A DNA stretch of 64,000 bases from Eledone cirrhosa. Lineage: Eukaryota. The notes under the pieces were generated by a model. It was not told the DNA's origin. It made no database searches and saw nothing but the letters and a program-made list of their open reading frames with translations. The stretch is taken from positions 99,820,001-99,884,000 of the forward strand of contig OZ024743.1 of NCBI GenBank assembly GCA_964016885.1, given 5' to 3'. A program made the translations under genes and the position numbers. This document shows, piece by piece, positions 50,012 through 64,000 of this stretch (within the stretch, counting starts at the first letter, position 1; the number at the start of each line of letters is the position of its first letter).

Positions 50012-50312
50012 AATAACTGTTTCTACTTTTGGCACAAGGCCAGCAATTATCCCAGTGTATTGCTGGTACTTTATTTCATCGACCACATGAGGATGAAAGG
50101 CAAAGTTAACCTCAGCGGGATTTGAACTCAGACCGTAAAGGGCCGTAACTCTTTGCTGCAAAGCATGGCGTCCGACCCTCTACCGATACTGCCAACAAGG
50201 CCAACAATTTGGGGTGAGAGGAAATTTGATTAAATCATCCTTAGTGCGTTGTTGGTACTTTATTTTATTATGAAAGGCAAAGCTAACCTCAGTGGGATTT
50301 GAACTCAGAATG
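50012..50312 (-). mobile_element. SINE family M copy abutting an older partial copy
   Basis: Two cores. Confidence 0.8.
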
Positions 50313-50498
50313 TGAAAAGACATTACCAGTCCAGTCTTTTCTCATGCATACTACATCTGATTCTTTCTATAGCAACTTTTTCTCAGTTTATCCATGCACA
50401 TCCATCAAAGTATGCTCATTTCATTTCTCTCAAATTTTCACATATCCTCTGCATTCACTGCCCATGTCTCACATGCAGCATCACATATCATACACTAG

Positions 50499-50537
<39 letters not shown>

Positions 50538-50542
<5 letters not shown>

Positions 50543-50729
50543 CACTATGCTGTCATTGGGGGGTACACATCTTTCTTCAACAGCCTACTTCAGATATTTC
50601 TGAAACAGGGCACAAACCATCAGCTTTAATTGAAAATGTTTTCAATAAAAGCTGATGATTGGTGCCTGATTCAGAAATATCTGCCAAAGAAACATGTGTA
50701 CATAAAATGACAGCATAGTTAGTGTAATA
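50538..50729. mobile_element. Fold-back (palindromic) element, MITE-like
   Basis: Imperfect ~95-bp arms centred on ttgaaaa-tg-ttttcaa, in a TA context. Confidence 0.65.
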
Positions 50730-50816
50730 AATACCTGTATATGATAACTCCTTCCATAGTTTGAGTGCTCTCATCTTTTGAATATTCTTTACTGAATTAC
50801 ATTACACTAACTATAC

Positions 50817-50847
<31 letters not shown>

Positions 50848-50935
50848 TATGTATATATATTTCTATATTAAATATTTATACTCTGCTATGTATTGAGTCA
50901 CTTACTTACTGTGGTTACCTCATATTGAACCTGGG

Positions 50936-51054
<119 letters not shown>

Positions 51055-51064
51055 AAATTGAATT

Positions 51065-51993
51065 TGGTGGAGGGTGCTCTGAAAGTACAGTAGCTAGAGT
51101 CAGAACGGGATGGAAAAAGAAAGTTCAGAGAGCTTATACCACTATTGGCCGCTAAAGGGTTCTCCCTAAAAATGAAAGGCAGGCTGTATGATGCCTGTAT
51201 ACGAACAGCAATGTTACATGGCAGTAAGATTTGGGCATTGTGTGCAGAGGATATACGCAGACTGGAGAGGAACGAAGCTTGCATGCTCCGCTGGATGTGT
51301 AATAGTAATATACGTGAACGGCAAAGCATAAATGAACTAAGGGAGAAATTAGGAATAAGAGGGATCAGATGCTGTTTACTGGAAAGAAGACTACGTTGGT
51401 ATGGTCACGTGATGCTCATGAAAGACGACAGCTGTATAAAAAAGTGCAGGGCGATAAAAATAGATGGTAGCCATGGAGTAGGCAGACCCAGAAAAACCTG
51501 GGACGACTTGATAAATTCCGACCTCACACACTTACACCTCTCCAAGACAATGCCACTGGACCAAGATCTTTGGCGCTACACAGTAATACAGAAGACCCGC
51601 CTTGCCTAAGTACAAAGCGAAACCTACAGTCAGTAGGCATCTCTAACAAAAATACACCCCGGCCCCACTACCCCCACCCCATCCACACCACCCCTTCCAA
51701 TGTAAAGTTATGTTGGTACCACAACATCCAGTCCGAAACAAATGAGGTCGTGTAGGTGTCACAACAAAAAAACACACAGTCCACGCTGTAATGTGGCTGT
51801 GTAGGTAACACGGTAAAAACATCCCAGTCCACACTGTAAACGTGGTTGGTGTTAGGAAGGGCATCCAGTCGTAGAAAACCCGCCAGATAGTCCTATACGA
51901 GCAAGACAACCAATCTTGCCTCAAGTGGGAAAATTCCCGTCCAAACCCATGCTAGCGTGGAAGATGGACGTTAAACGATGATGATGATGATGA
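51065..51993 (+). mobile_element. 5'-truncated RTE family C with complete 3' UTR
   Basis: 154-aa ORF nearly identical to 42380-42850; (gat)n tail. Confidence 0.92.
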
Positions 51994-52825
51994 TATATGC
52001 ATATACAGTTACATAGTTACAATTAAAAAAGACATGAAGATAAAAACATGTTAATCACCTGACAACATACAATGAAGTAATTAACCTAAATTAACCTAAC
52101 TCTGTTGGTAACTAAAACAAACAAAAGTACCTTGGAAAGCATTAAATGTTTAAATGTCAAGATAAAAGATATGAATTAATGGAAATTCATAACAAAAACG
52201 TATTTTTGATTATTAAAAGAAAATATTGGATAGAAAACAATATATGGACAAATGATTGAAACTTTAAACATCAGATTATTATATTAGAAAATATAGGTGA
52301 AATGTAATAAATAATTATTGCTTATTGATGAAATTATTACTACTGTTTTTATTTTAATATGTTTATTTATTTTTTATTTTTTGTTTCAAAATGCATTTTC
52401 TTTTTTTTCTTTCTAAAAAAAGTCATTTTATGTCAAATCCAGAATATAATTAAAATACAATCATTTATTTTCATGTAATGACGGTTCTTTGGAGATTAGA
52501 AAATACGTGTTGGTTCTAAAAGCTACATTATCAATTAGAGAAAACAACTTCCTGAGGAATAGTGGAAAGAAATAGAACACAGAAAAATGAAGATGATAAA
52601 CAATAATATGACATGTATTAAATGGTAAGAAAAGAAAATATCTGTTGATGTTTAGTTTCAAAGTTGCTTTTAAATTTTTTGTCAAAACAAAAACTGCTTA
52701 GACATCAATATCAACATTCATCAAGAGGACAACCAAATACAAATACATTATTGTTATTATTATTATTTCTACATAATTCAATATACAGTATATTGTGTGA
52801 GTGTATCTATATGTATATATATATA

Positions 52826-52873
<48 letters not shown>

Positions 52874-53830
52874 ACAGTAACTGAGGAACCTGTAACAGAG
52901 TAACATGCCACTGGATCAGTCATAAACTATATATATATATAAATATGATATACACATACGTACATATAAACCTATAAAATTCACCTGCTATAAATAATAT
53001 TCCACACACAGAGACACAAACACTGCAAGTTCAGATACAAACATAATTAAGAATCTCTAATTTAGACACAAGGCCAGCACTTTGGAGGAGGGAAAAATTC
53101 ATTTAAATCGATCCTGTACTGGACGGGTATTTTATTTTATCGACCCCATAAGGATGAAAAGCAAAAGTTGACCTCAGCAGGATTTGAACTAATAACATAA
53201 AGAACCAGAATAAATACAACAAAGAATGTTGTCTGATGCTCTAACAATTCTACCAATCCACTTCTCTAGATGCAAATATAATTAATAATGTAGTATAATT
53301 CCTCTCTTAGGTGGGGGTGGGATTTACATAGTAATGATGTATGAATAGAATATATGGTGTTATCACTAGAGAATATAGCCATAAATCCCTTTTCTCTAAT
53401 CATATCCTTTGAAAATTCCCCTACCTCTTATTTCCTTATTGTGTTTTGTCCTGCATTTATTTCAACCCCAACTCCACATTAATCACTTCAATGGAACTTT
53501 TCTCACCAATACAGAAAGAGATGAATGGAGCCAATCATCAGATCAGACCAAGAATACAATATTTCCATTAGTCTTTCCATTGCTGATACTTTCTACTAGC
53601 TGCTGGCAGGAGGAAGTGGGATTTGAACTATAAAGTATCTTGTCTGAGTCCTTAACAGTTCTGTCAATCCACTGCCTCCGGACTGGTACTTGATTTATTG
53701 ACTCCAAAAGGATAAAAAGGTAAAGTTGATCTCAGTAAAATTTGAACTGAGAACGCTGACAGCCAGAACTAATACAGAGTCATTTAATCTCATGTCCTAA
53801 TGACTGATACTTTACCACCAATTTGACAGT

Positions 53831-54170
53831 ACAGCAACCCTCTAACCATCATCCTTCTGTGAACACATTCCTACAGCAACCCTCTAACCATCATCCTTCT
53901 GTGAACACATTCCTGCAGCAACCCTCTAACCATCATCTTTGTAAACACATTCCTACAGCAACCCTCTAACCATCAACCCTCTGTAAACACATTCCTACAG
54001 CAACCCTCTAACCATCAACCCTCTGTAAACACATTCCTACAGCAACCCTCTAACCATCATCCCTCTGTGAACACGTTCCCTACAGCAACCCTCTAACCAT
54101 CATCCCTCTGTGAACACGTTCCCTACAGCAACCCTCTAACCATCATCCCTCTGTGAACACGTTCCCTACA
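53831..54170. repeat. ~42-bp minisatellite, 8 copies
   Basis: Unit acagcaaccctctaaccatcatccttctgtgaacacattcct. Confidence 0.95.
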
Positions 54171-54355
54171 GATATTAACCAACAGAATTTCACATTGAAC
54201 ATAAACCAATTACAAAGACAGTAAGCGAGCCTATAATGTGGTTGTTCAACTTGCTAGAAATAGCAGTCAAACCTCCCTCAGTGACAAACAACATAAAAAG
54301 AAGGATGAAATGAAAAGTTAACCATCATGGATTTGAACTGAAAATGTAAAGAACC

Positions 54356-55956
54356 CTTCTTTCTTCATTTCCCATCCTCATTACTGAGGGTCAGGAACCA
54401 TGGACAATTGCAACAATGCTCTCCACAAGCACTTCTCTCTTACCATGACCAAGCACTCCACCAGTATCCATCCCTCCCATCCAATTGCACCAATGCTCTC
54501 CACAAGCTCTTCTCTCTTACCATGACCAAACACTCCACCAGTATTCATCCCATCCAATTGTACCAATGCTCTCCACAGACTCTTCTCTCTTACCATGACC
54601 AAGCACTCCACCAGTATCCATCCCTCCCATCCAATTACACCAATGCTCTCCACAGACTCTTCTCTCTTACCATAACCAAACACTCCACCAGTATTCATCC
54701 CATCCAATTGCACCAGTGCTCTCCACAGGCTCTTCTCTCTTACCATAACCAAACACTCCACCAGTATTCATCCCATCCAATTGCACCAGTGCTCTCCACA
54801 GGCTCTTCTCTCTTACCATGACCAAACACTCCACCAGTATCCATCCCTCCCATCCAATTGCACCAGTGCTCTCCACAGGCTCTTCTCTCTTACCATGACC
54901 AAACACTCCACCAGTATCCATCCCTCCCATCCAATTGCACCAGTGCTCTCCACAGGCTCTTCTCTCTTACCATGACCAAACACTCCACCAGTATCCATCC
55001 CTCCCATCCAATTGCACCAGTGCTCTCCACAGGCTCTTCTCTCTTACCATGACCAAACACTCCACCAGTATCCATCCCTCCCATCCAATTGCACCAGTGC
55101 TCTCCACAGGCTCTTCTCTCTTACCATGACCAAGCACTCCACCGGTATCCATCCCTCCCATCCAATTGCACCAGTGCTCTCCACAGGCTCTTCTCTCTTA
55201 CCATAACCAAACACTCCACCAGTATTCATCCCATCCAATTGTACCAATGCTCTCCATAGGCTCTTCTCTCTTACCATGACCAAGCACTCCACCGGTATCC
55301 ATCCCTCCCATCCAATTGCACCAGTGCTCTCCACAGGCTCTTCTCTCTTACCATAACCAAACACTCCACCAGTATTCATCCCATCCAATTGCACCAGTGC
55401 TCTCCACAGGCTCTTCTCTCTTACCATGACCAAACACTCCACCAGTATCCATCCCTCCCATCCAATTGCACCAGTGCTCTCCACAGGCTCTTCTCTCTTA
55501 CCATGACCAAACACTCCACCAGTATCCATCCCTCCCATCCAATTGCACCAGTGCTCTCCACAGGCTCTTCTCTCTTACCATGACCAAGCACTCCACCGGT
55601 ATCCATCCCTCCCATCCAATTGCACCAGTGCTCTCCACAGGCTCTTCTCTCTTACCATAACCAAACACTCCACCAGTATTCATCCCATCCAATTGCACCA
55701 GTGCTCTCCATAGGCTCTTCTCTCTTACCATGACCAAGCACTCCACCAGCATTCATCCCTCCCATCCAATTGCACCAATGCTCTCCACAAGCTCTTCTCT
55801 CTTACCATGACCAAGCACTCCACCAGCCTTCATTCCATCCAATTGCACCAATGCTCTCAACAGGCTCTTCTCTCTTACCATGACCAAGCACTCCACCAGC
55901 ATTCATCCATCCAATCCCTTATCTAATCACTCCAGCATCTCCTTGCTTTTCTTCTC
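54356..55956 (-). mobile_element. RTE LINE 3' end whose last ~25 codons are amplified into a 20-copy 77/73-bp minisatellite (54405-55914)
   Basis: 5' flank reads RRKARRCWSD*IRDW, units read LVECLVMVREKSLWRALVQL, and the 3' flank reads SMVPDPQ* plus a (gaa)-like tail. Confidence 0.7.
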
Positions 55957-56879
55957 AATCTACCAAATAAATACTACTACTTTTCACTACTATATTTCTA
56001 ATGAAAGACACTGCTTATGGTTTTGTATGATTAACCCAGTGTCATGTGGCTGGGTATCAAAAGAAATAATATGTGACGAAATAACAACACACATATCTGA
56101 ACTAAAATCTAACAAAAGTATAAACCAATCCAACTAATTACAACATGAAAACAGATGTTCTTTTCTATGAATTTTCACATGGATTTAGAAATGCTCTACA
56201 AATGCACACTTTGTTTATGTATTAATCTTTACTTCCTATTTGATTCAGTTGAGTTTTGAAGAGTTTGTTGTAAAAATTTAATGATGTAGCTTTCTTTCAC
56301 AAAATCCTTCATAGAATTAAAGCATCTTCTCTAAATATGTTTCTCTTATAATCCTTTAAAAATCATTTAACCCTTTTGATACCAAACTGTCTAAAACCGT
56401 CCCTTGTTCTATGATGCTAAACTGTTTATTTTAAAATGTTTATATTTATCTAAAATCCTTCCATTATGTAAGAGTCGTTATGTCATGCTTAGCACCAATA
56501 GGATCGAATCTTGGGCTAGCCTGTCAACTATTTCTAATAAATTGCAAAGAATTCACCTTGTCAGTCTTCACTTTATCTAATTCCAATATGTTCGGTAATA
56601 TATGAACAAATTGATAGCAAAATGAGTGCATAATGCCATAACCTTTTGGTACCAGACTCCCTTAAACTGACCCTGGTTCTATAATATAAAGCCATTTATT
56701 TTAAAGTATTTATATTTATCTTATAACCTTTTATCATAGTTTTATATAAAAGCCTTTGTTAAGTAATGCTCCAAACAACAGCTTAATAATGAGAAACTTA
56801 GTAGTCTCACTAAATCCTTCATAATTCTTGATTTAAGAACAAATAATTTTTATTTACAGAAAATTTTATATAAAGCAAT

Positions 56880-57230
56880 AAAGAAATGACGAATAAAAGA
56901 AAAAGAAAAGAAATAAATTAAAGAAGAAATTAGGAAAGAGACTCAATACCCAGTCTGAGTGATATCTCTCAGCTGTGTTCTGTGGACAAAATGGTGAATA
57001 CATTGCCACAGAGCCAGTGACATTGACTGCAACAACCGCTCTGCCTCATAGAGCAGCTTCCTTAGGCAAGCTGTCATTTTTCCATCTTGCAAAGGAAAAT
57101 GGAAGTTCAGGAACCTAGGACACCTGAAGTTTTGATGGTAAACCATCAAACCCCAGTATTTGACCATTTTCCTCTCCTCTGTTGATATCAGTGCTTGGAT
57201 CTACAGCTGAAGTGAGAAGGCTGGAGGCAA
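56880..57230 (-). mobile_element. Degraded 3' end, same family as 48890-49250
   Basis: Shared blocks; A-rich (plus-strand) UTR. Confidence 0.4.
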
Positions 57231-57325
57231 TTATTTTCAAAATTATTTCAAGATCATAAGCCGCATTTTTTATTAGAAATAAGGTAACAAAAGGATGAAA
57301 GTGATCTCTACTGCATACTCTGAAT

Positions 57326-57373
<48 letters not shown>

Positions 57374-57794
57374 CATGTGTGTGTGGACATGTGTGTGTGT
57401 GGGAGGGCATGTGTGTGTGAATTGGTTTTAATTTAATTTCTTTATATAGTTTATCTTCTTTTTTTTTAGACATTCTAACCTGGACTCGAAACCAAGTCCA
57501 GAACTTGGTTCCCTGGAGCTAACTGCCATAAAAACATTTCCCCACTTCATATATTAAACCTTTCATTACTATATTTCTAATGAAAGACATTACCTTACCA
57601 TATTTTAAAATAATTTTGAATGAGGTGGGGGGGGGGGGTAGTAACTTTCTCGTTATTAAGTTGGTGTTTGTAACATGATAAGGGTTCTAGCATAACCTTG
57701 AAGTTTATTTTCTTTTGATAAATATAAAGAATTTATGATAAACAACTTAATATTGTAGAACAAAGGATATTTTCAGGCAATTTATCAAAAGTGT

Positions 57795-58256
57795 TAATAA
57801 TAATAATAATAATAATGAAATTATTGTGTACAGTGCTCAGGTGCACTACAACTCATCAAAGGTGCATGTATAGTACATAGAATAATGTACAAATGTCAGG
57901 AAAATAAACAGTGTATGAGTCATGATATAATAACAATAACAATAATGAAATATTGTGCACAGTGCCCAGGTGCACCACAACCCATCAAAAAAGTGCATGT
58001 ACAGTACATAGGGCAATGCACAAACATCAGTAAAATGAACAGTGCACACATGTGTGCATGTGTATGGAAGGGGCACATCAGGTGTAGTTTTGGCGTATTT
58101 CGGGAAGCATGAGTGTCTTAAAGGATGCAGTGTCTCGGCAGCTAACAATTGACGCAGGCAGTTTGTTCCATGTTTCAGCAACTCTGAGCGTGAAAAAATG
58201 TCTGCGAAAGTCATGGGAGCTGTGCTGTTTTCTTATCTTGTAGGCATGTCCACGTG
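57795..58256 (-). mobile_element. CR1 3' end with a duplicated 3' UTR and (att)n tails
   Basis: Homologous to 14110-14542; tgtacagtgctcaggtgcac.acaac.catc occurs twice. Confidence 0.8.
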
Positions 58257-59129
58257 AAGAAATTCAATAATATGTGAAATTCAAGACATTCTTAAACATC
58301 TTGTAGTTGTTAATTTAGTCATGGATCCAGAGACCTACATATAAGACTTTAGATAATTTACAGCTGTAAACCTTTTCTAAACTAGTGGTGTATGAAGTGG
58401 CAATGATACTGATTATCTTATGAGATAAGCTACAATAAGTAGATAACTATACTTCATTGGAAGTCATGCTGCCCACAGGATTTAGACTCATTAGTAAGAA
58501 TTGTTTCTAAGAAACCACAATTTCTAACATCTAAGTACAAAATGGACTGGTTAAGAAAGTTTCTTCACAGTCACATGGTTTCAGGTTCAGCTACATTGTG
58601 TAGCACTATGAGTAAGTGTCTTTTAACATAACCTCAAGTTTATCAATGCCTTTTGAGTGAAAATTGGTAGTCAGAAACTATTCAAAAGTTCATTACAATA
58701 GGCATTTGCACAGTTTCTGTCTACCAAATTTGACACACAAATGTGTGTATGTGTGTGTGCTTAACAATTGGTGGTGTTTGTTTATGTCCTGTAAGTTAAC
58801 AGTTGAACAAATAGTGATCAATGAATAAGTAGCAGACATCAAAATAAAATAAGTACTGGGGTTGATATGATCGACTAAGCTGAGTATCACCTCAGCCCAG
58901 TGACTGAAACCAGTAAAAGATTGAATCAGCATAAAGACATATTTTATTATTCAATTATTATATTCACTTATTATAACTAACCACAGCACTGGACTGATAC
59001 TTGGTTTATCAACCCTGGAAAGATGAAAAGTAATTTGGGGTAATTTGAATACTGCACATACCCAAGGCACATACAGCTGCACTCAATAATGCATTGACAG
59101 GAACAATTAGACTACTGAATGATGATAAT

Positions 59130-59345
59130 GATTTCTACTATAGGCACAAGGCCAGCAATTTGGGGGGAGGGGAAAGTCGATTAAATCAACCCCAGTGAAT
59201 TATTGGTGCTTTATTTTATTGACCCCCACAAGGATGAAAGCAAAGCTAACCTTGGCAGGATTTGAGCTCAGAATGTAAAGGACCATAACTCTATGCAACA
59301 AAGCATGTTGTCTGACACTTTACTGATACTGCAAATCCACCGCCC
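59130..59345 (-). mobile_element. SINE family M
   Basis: TSD tactgaatgatgataat. Confidence 0.85.
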
Positions 59346-60147
59346 TCTACTGAATGATGATAATAACAATCTAAAGGAAGTGGATTAATCTACTAGATAC
59401 CCAACCACTGCTGGTTCTTTGGTACAAAGTTGTTTATTTTATTTACAAACCTTCCATCATAATTCATGTAGGGACCCTTATTAGGCTATAAATACTAGTT
59501 TAATAATGAGAAAATTACATTCTTCATTATTTTCAAAAATGCCTGAGAATTATCTGATAAAGAAAGTAAAGTAATTCCTTTTTTTTTAACCATATTTTTA
59601 ATGAAAGATATTGCATATTATTTTCAAATCTCGCCAAAATCAACTTTTATCCCTCCGGAGTCAATAAAATATAGTACCAGTCAAACACTGAGGTTGGTAT
59701 AATTGACTTTCTCCTCTCCACAAATTACAAGATTTGGGCCTCAGTTAGAAATCATTATATCAAATCCAGCTACAGTCAACTTTACCATTCATCCTTTTGG
59801 TGTCAATAAAATAATGTACTACTTAAGTTAATATAATCAACATTTACTTCCCCCCAATTGCTGGTCCTGTGCCAATGTTAGAGAAGATTGTTAAGCTGGT
59901 GTTTGGAGCATAGATATACAAGGGTTCCTACAAAGCTTTATGATGGAAGGTTTTTAGATAAATATATACACCTTAAAATAAACTGCATTGTATCATAGAA
60001 CCAGAGACAGTTTGGTATTAAAACATACAATCATTAAAATTAACTAGTCATTATTGTAGATCATAGCTATAAATATGTCAACTGCTTAACACTTTCCTAA
60101 TGTGCAGATCAGCTATTGCATGCACAAATAAAAGATGTTATGTGCGA

Positions 60148-60301
60148 CATGGCTGCATAGTTAAGGAGTTTACTTCACAACCACTTGGTCTTGTGTTCAC
60201 TCCCACTGTATGGCACCTTTGTCAAGAATCTTCTACTATAGCCTTCAGTTGAATAATACCTTTTCAATGAAATTTAATAGATGGAAATAGCAAAAGCTCA
60301 T

Positions 60302-60392
<91 letters not shown>

Positions 60393-60540
60393 ACATTTGT
60401 ATCTGTGTTTATGTCTCATATGATTCAAAAAGAGATTGATAAAGTAAGTACTGGTGTTTATAGAATCAACTAAATCCCTTTAAGGCAATGCCTCAGCATG
60501 GCTGCAGTCTAATGACTGAAATCAGTAAAAGAGTAAATGT
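60148..60540 (+). mobile_element. SINE family K with an internal (TG)n
   Basis: Head catggctgcatagttaagg, CORE-like block, tail cagcatggctgcagtctaatgactgaaa.cagtaaaagag. Confidence 0.7.
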
Positions 60541-61239
60541 GAGTGTTGGCCCTTTGCCCATTACAATAATAAGGGTCCTGGTTGTTTAACCAACAGAACA
60601 GCTTTTTTGCAAAATTACTGTGAATATGGCTGAGTATTCTACAGACACATGTCCAATTAATTAATGTAATTCAAAAGGAGATTCAGCTGGACACAGCATA
60701 CAACAAGGATGGTCTTTCAATGGCAAAATGAGGGTGGGGAGGGGATAAAGAAATCCTGAAATCTATAGTCAATAAATAATCCCCAAAAATAGTTCCTGCA
60801 TTAAAGAAATTATATTCCTTATATATCAACAATAATTCAGAATAAGATGGAAGTAGAAACTAAAGTGACTACAAAGTCTTACTAATAAATCTTCTGTCAT
60901 AAAGATACCAGCCCTTTAAAACCAGTCATAAACTTCTAAACTTCTGAAAGCTTGCTTCTTCTGAAAAATCAATACTCTATAAAGTTTCCAACTGTGTGTC
61001 TTCTGTCAATTGCTATTGTTTCTCCCAAGATCACTGTTCTAAACAGTAAACCTAACCAGTAGTAGTAATAAGTCATAACCAAACTATTTAACTATCTGCC
61101 TCTCAGTCTGTGCACATTTCACCACCACTCTACTTGTATTATAGAGCATATCAACTGCATAACATTAAATGACAATTACTTCTCAAGCTATAGAATAAGT
61201 TACAAGTTATTTCCGTTATGGTGGGTTACATTTTAAAAT

Positions 61240-61425
61240 AATTGTTTCTACTTTTGGCACAAGGCCAGCAATTACCCAGTGCATTACTGGTACTTTATTT
61301 TATCGACCACGTGAGGATGAAAGGCAAAGTTAACCTTGGCGGGATTTGAACTCAGACCATAAAAGGGCGTAACTCTATGCTGCAAAGCATGGCGTCCGAC
61401 CCTCTTCCGATACTGCCAATCCAGC
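61240..61425 (-). mobile_element. SINE family M
   Basis: TSD ttacattttaaaa. Confidence 0.9.
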
Positions 61426-62917
61426 GCATATAAACATTACATTTTAAAATGGTTGCTGTTATTTAGCCCCAGGTTAACTCTGATCAAGCAGACCCATGAT
61501 AAAAGACATTCCAGTCATAAACCACCTGTCTTTTTAAGGGAATATAGGACTACCTTAGTTAATGAATTTTTTCCATTATATAAGATAGTAAGGAATGATT
61601 TCAGGAAGATTTGGTTTCTATCCTAGAAGGTTGAAGAACCATATAGCAGCTTGCTCCCTTAGGAAAAGATAATCTTATATTTCTCATAGCTTGTCCCTTT
61701 TTTATACAAATCAACCCAAAAACCACCTCTGGTCCTACAAAATAAAACTACCCAATTTAAAGAGTTCTTTTTTAAATTAAAATCTTTCAACATAACCTGA
61801 TATAAGAACCATATATTACAAATACCATCTAAATAAGGAAATATTTTAAAATTTCAGTCAATCCCTCCAAATTCTTCATTAATTACCATATTTGATGGCA
61901 TATAGGACATATAAGACCCTCAGATATTTAAGACCCCTTCCAATTTCAAGAGGGAATATTAAGAAAAAAACATTAGCTTAGCAGGTATCTCAACTTGTCA
62001 TATAAGACCTGGATGAGACATATTTTATGAGAAAAAGTGATGTTATATGTTATCAAATATGATAATACAGAATATTTCATTAGAAATATGGTAACAAAAA
62101 CATTCTGTTTTTAAAGAAAATCTTTTGCACAGCTTTTCAGAAAATTCGAACAAACATATCATTACCATCATTTTACAACTGCTTTCCATACTGACATGTA
62201 TTGAACATATTTTACATTAAAAATAAAATAAAACTACAAAAAACGTTTAACCCATTAGCAACTAATTTTCAGAATTTCATGTTTAATCGAGATGAAATGT
62301 AAACTAATTTCACAAAAAAATTGATGTTATTTTCTATTAATGTACATTAAATTGGTGTTTATATTTGTTACCCAGAACAAATTTAATCTAAAACAGATTT
62401 CAAAAACCAGTTCTTTATAGGAATTCATTCAAATATTTTATTTATTTATTCCCCTCTTTCAAATATTTAATATTTGCTATATTAGAGTTCAATGCCTTTG
62501 GTATTAGTAAAAAAAAATTGAACTGGAGAAATAATTTCAAAATTAGGAAGAAGAAAAATAAAGGTATAAAAAGATATGTGCTTAGCTGGAGATTAATTGA
62601 AGCTTGTTGGATCTGTGGAAATTCTTGTTTCTATCTTGATGCATAAATTTATAGATCTTCATAATATTGTTTCACTATGTTAACTATTCTGATTATGTCT
62701 TCAACTTCATTCCATAGTTCAGCTTGTTTAAAGAATAGTACTCAAATTTATTTCATTACGTTCAGGATTTTGATAATGTCTATGATTATGTTCCATAATT
62801 AAGCTTAACGCTAGAATACATATCTGAACAAGCAGAATAATATTATTGATGAATTTAATAATGATTCTATAAGTTTATTAGTAACAGATGTAGATTCAAT
62901 ATGGTTAACTAAAAATA

Positions 62918-63105
62918 ATAGTTTCTACGTTTGGCACAAGGCCAGAAATTACCCAGTACATTACTGGTACTTTATTTTATCGACCCCGTAAGGATGAAAG
63001 GCAAAGTTAACCTCGGCGGGATTTGAACTCAGAATGGCAAGGGCCATAACTTTATGCGTCAAAGCATGGCATCCGACCCTCCACCGATACTGCCAATACA
63101 CCACC
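62918..63105 (-). mobile_element. SINE family M
   Basis: TSD ctaaaaataat. Confidence 0.9.
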
Positions 63106-63963
63106 CCTCTAAAAATAATGAAAGAACAAAAGAAAAGAAAACAGGCATCTAGCACCAACGATGTAAGAATGAGAGTAGAGATACAGCTAAGAGAAGAAAT
63201 GTCAATTATCATTTAGTGTTTGTTTTCCCTGCTAGCAAAGGTTGGATGAGTTGTCAAAGACCAGGCTCTCACAGTGTAGTTAACCTCTCAGATGGACTGG
63301 AGGCTTGCAACTCACATATGTTCCCACACTCTGCCAAATGATCAGAATGGCCAGGGGCCCACATCTCATATATTTTATTCTGATAGTTTCTTCCATCATA
63401 CATCTCACTTATGGAATTCTCTTCCAGTTTCTTGATTTCTGGACCACTACAATTTGCAAAAGTCCAAAAGCAACATCAGTTGTTATTTTCTCTCTCCCTG
63501 AATTAGGTTCACTCTATCTTGACCTTTTTTCCTTCTCAATATCCCCTTACATTTTAGTGGCTTTATTATTTCTTTACTTGGATGAGTAAAAGAAAAACAA
63601 AAAACCTACATTCACACACTCCACTAAATACATTTTATGATAGTACCAGCACTGGAGAGGTTGCCATGTACTTGACACAGCTGAAGGGTCCTCCACACTC
63701 TTTATAAATGACAATTTGAAACTATAGTTGCCATAGTTATCTGCAGTGTGGCAAATATATTTTCAAATTTCAAATTCCCCAATACTTCGTAAATCAACCA
63801 AGTGTTATATAAATAGTGTTTTTTTCCAGAATATGATCCAGAATGCTAGCTACAAATTAGCAACATGCATTAAACCGGATTAGCTAATGTTTCATTCCTT
63901 CGATTACTGAGTAAAAAATAAACAAACATCTCTGACAAGCAATTACCATTCAAAGCATGTACG

Positions 63964-64000
<37 letters not shown>

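Noticed and set aside
50652-50695. CTGATGA...GAAAC as a hammerhead
   Set aside because: No helix II or III can form; the motif lies in a palindrome arm. The same applies to motifs at 12248, 36593, 36898 and 44512.
54381-55752. Many repeated ORFs on both strands
   Set aside because: Minisatellite translations with frame changes between units; not a gene.
63305-63589. 94-aa hydrophobic ORF
   Set aside because: T-rich composition explains the hydrophobicity; no recognisable domain or splice support.

Overview
AT-rich eukaryotic genomic DNA, intronic or intergenic in character, with a 200-N gap at 43474-43673. The SINE/LINE families, microsatellite load and composition look most like an octopod cephalopod; this is an inference from recall, not a database search. 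There is no intact long gene: most ORF-track entries are microsatellite translations or LINE fragments. The window is a mosaic of tRNA-derived SINEs (three families), 5'-truncated LINEs (several RTE families, L1/Tx1, R4/Dong, CR1), TTAA-, mariner- and hAT-type MITEs, Penelope-like fragments and four minisatellites. Most notable: (1) hammerhead-ribozyme motifs of the Penelope/retrozyme type at 40439-40515 (core intact) and 16680-16756; (2) a 20-copy 77/73-bp minisatellite made from the last codons of an RTE ORF, and a 72-bp one made inside a MITE; (3) modular exchange of 3' segments between SINEs and RTE LINEs; (4) a snap-back palindrome at a SINE 5' junction; (5) a ~170-bp direct repeat around a composite insertion; (6) a possible chain of small plus-strand exons from an unidentified host transcript. 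Coordinates of degraded repeats are approximate.
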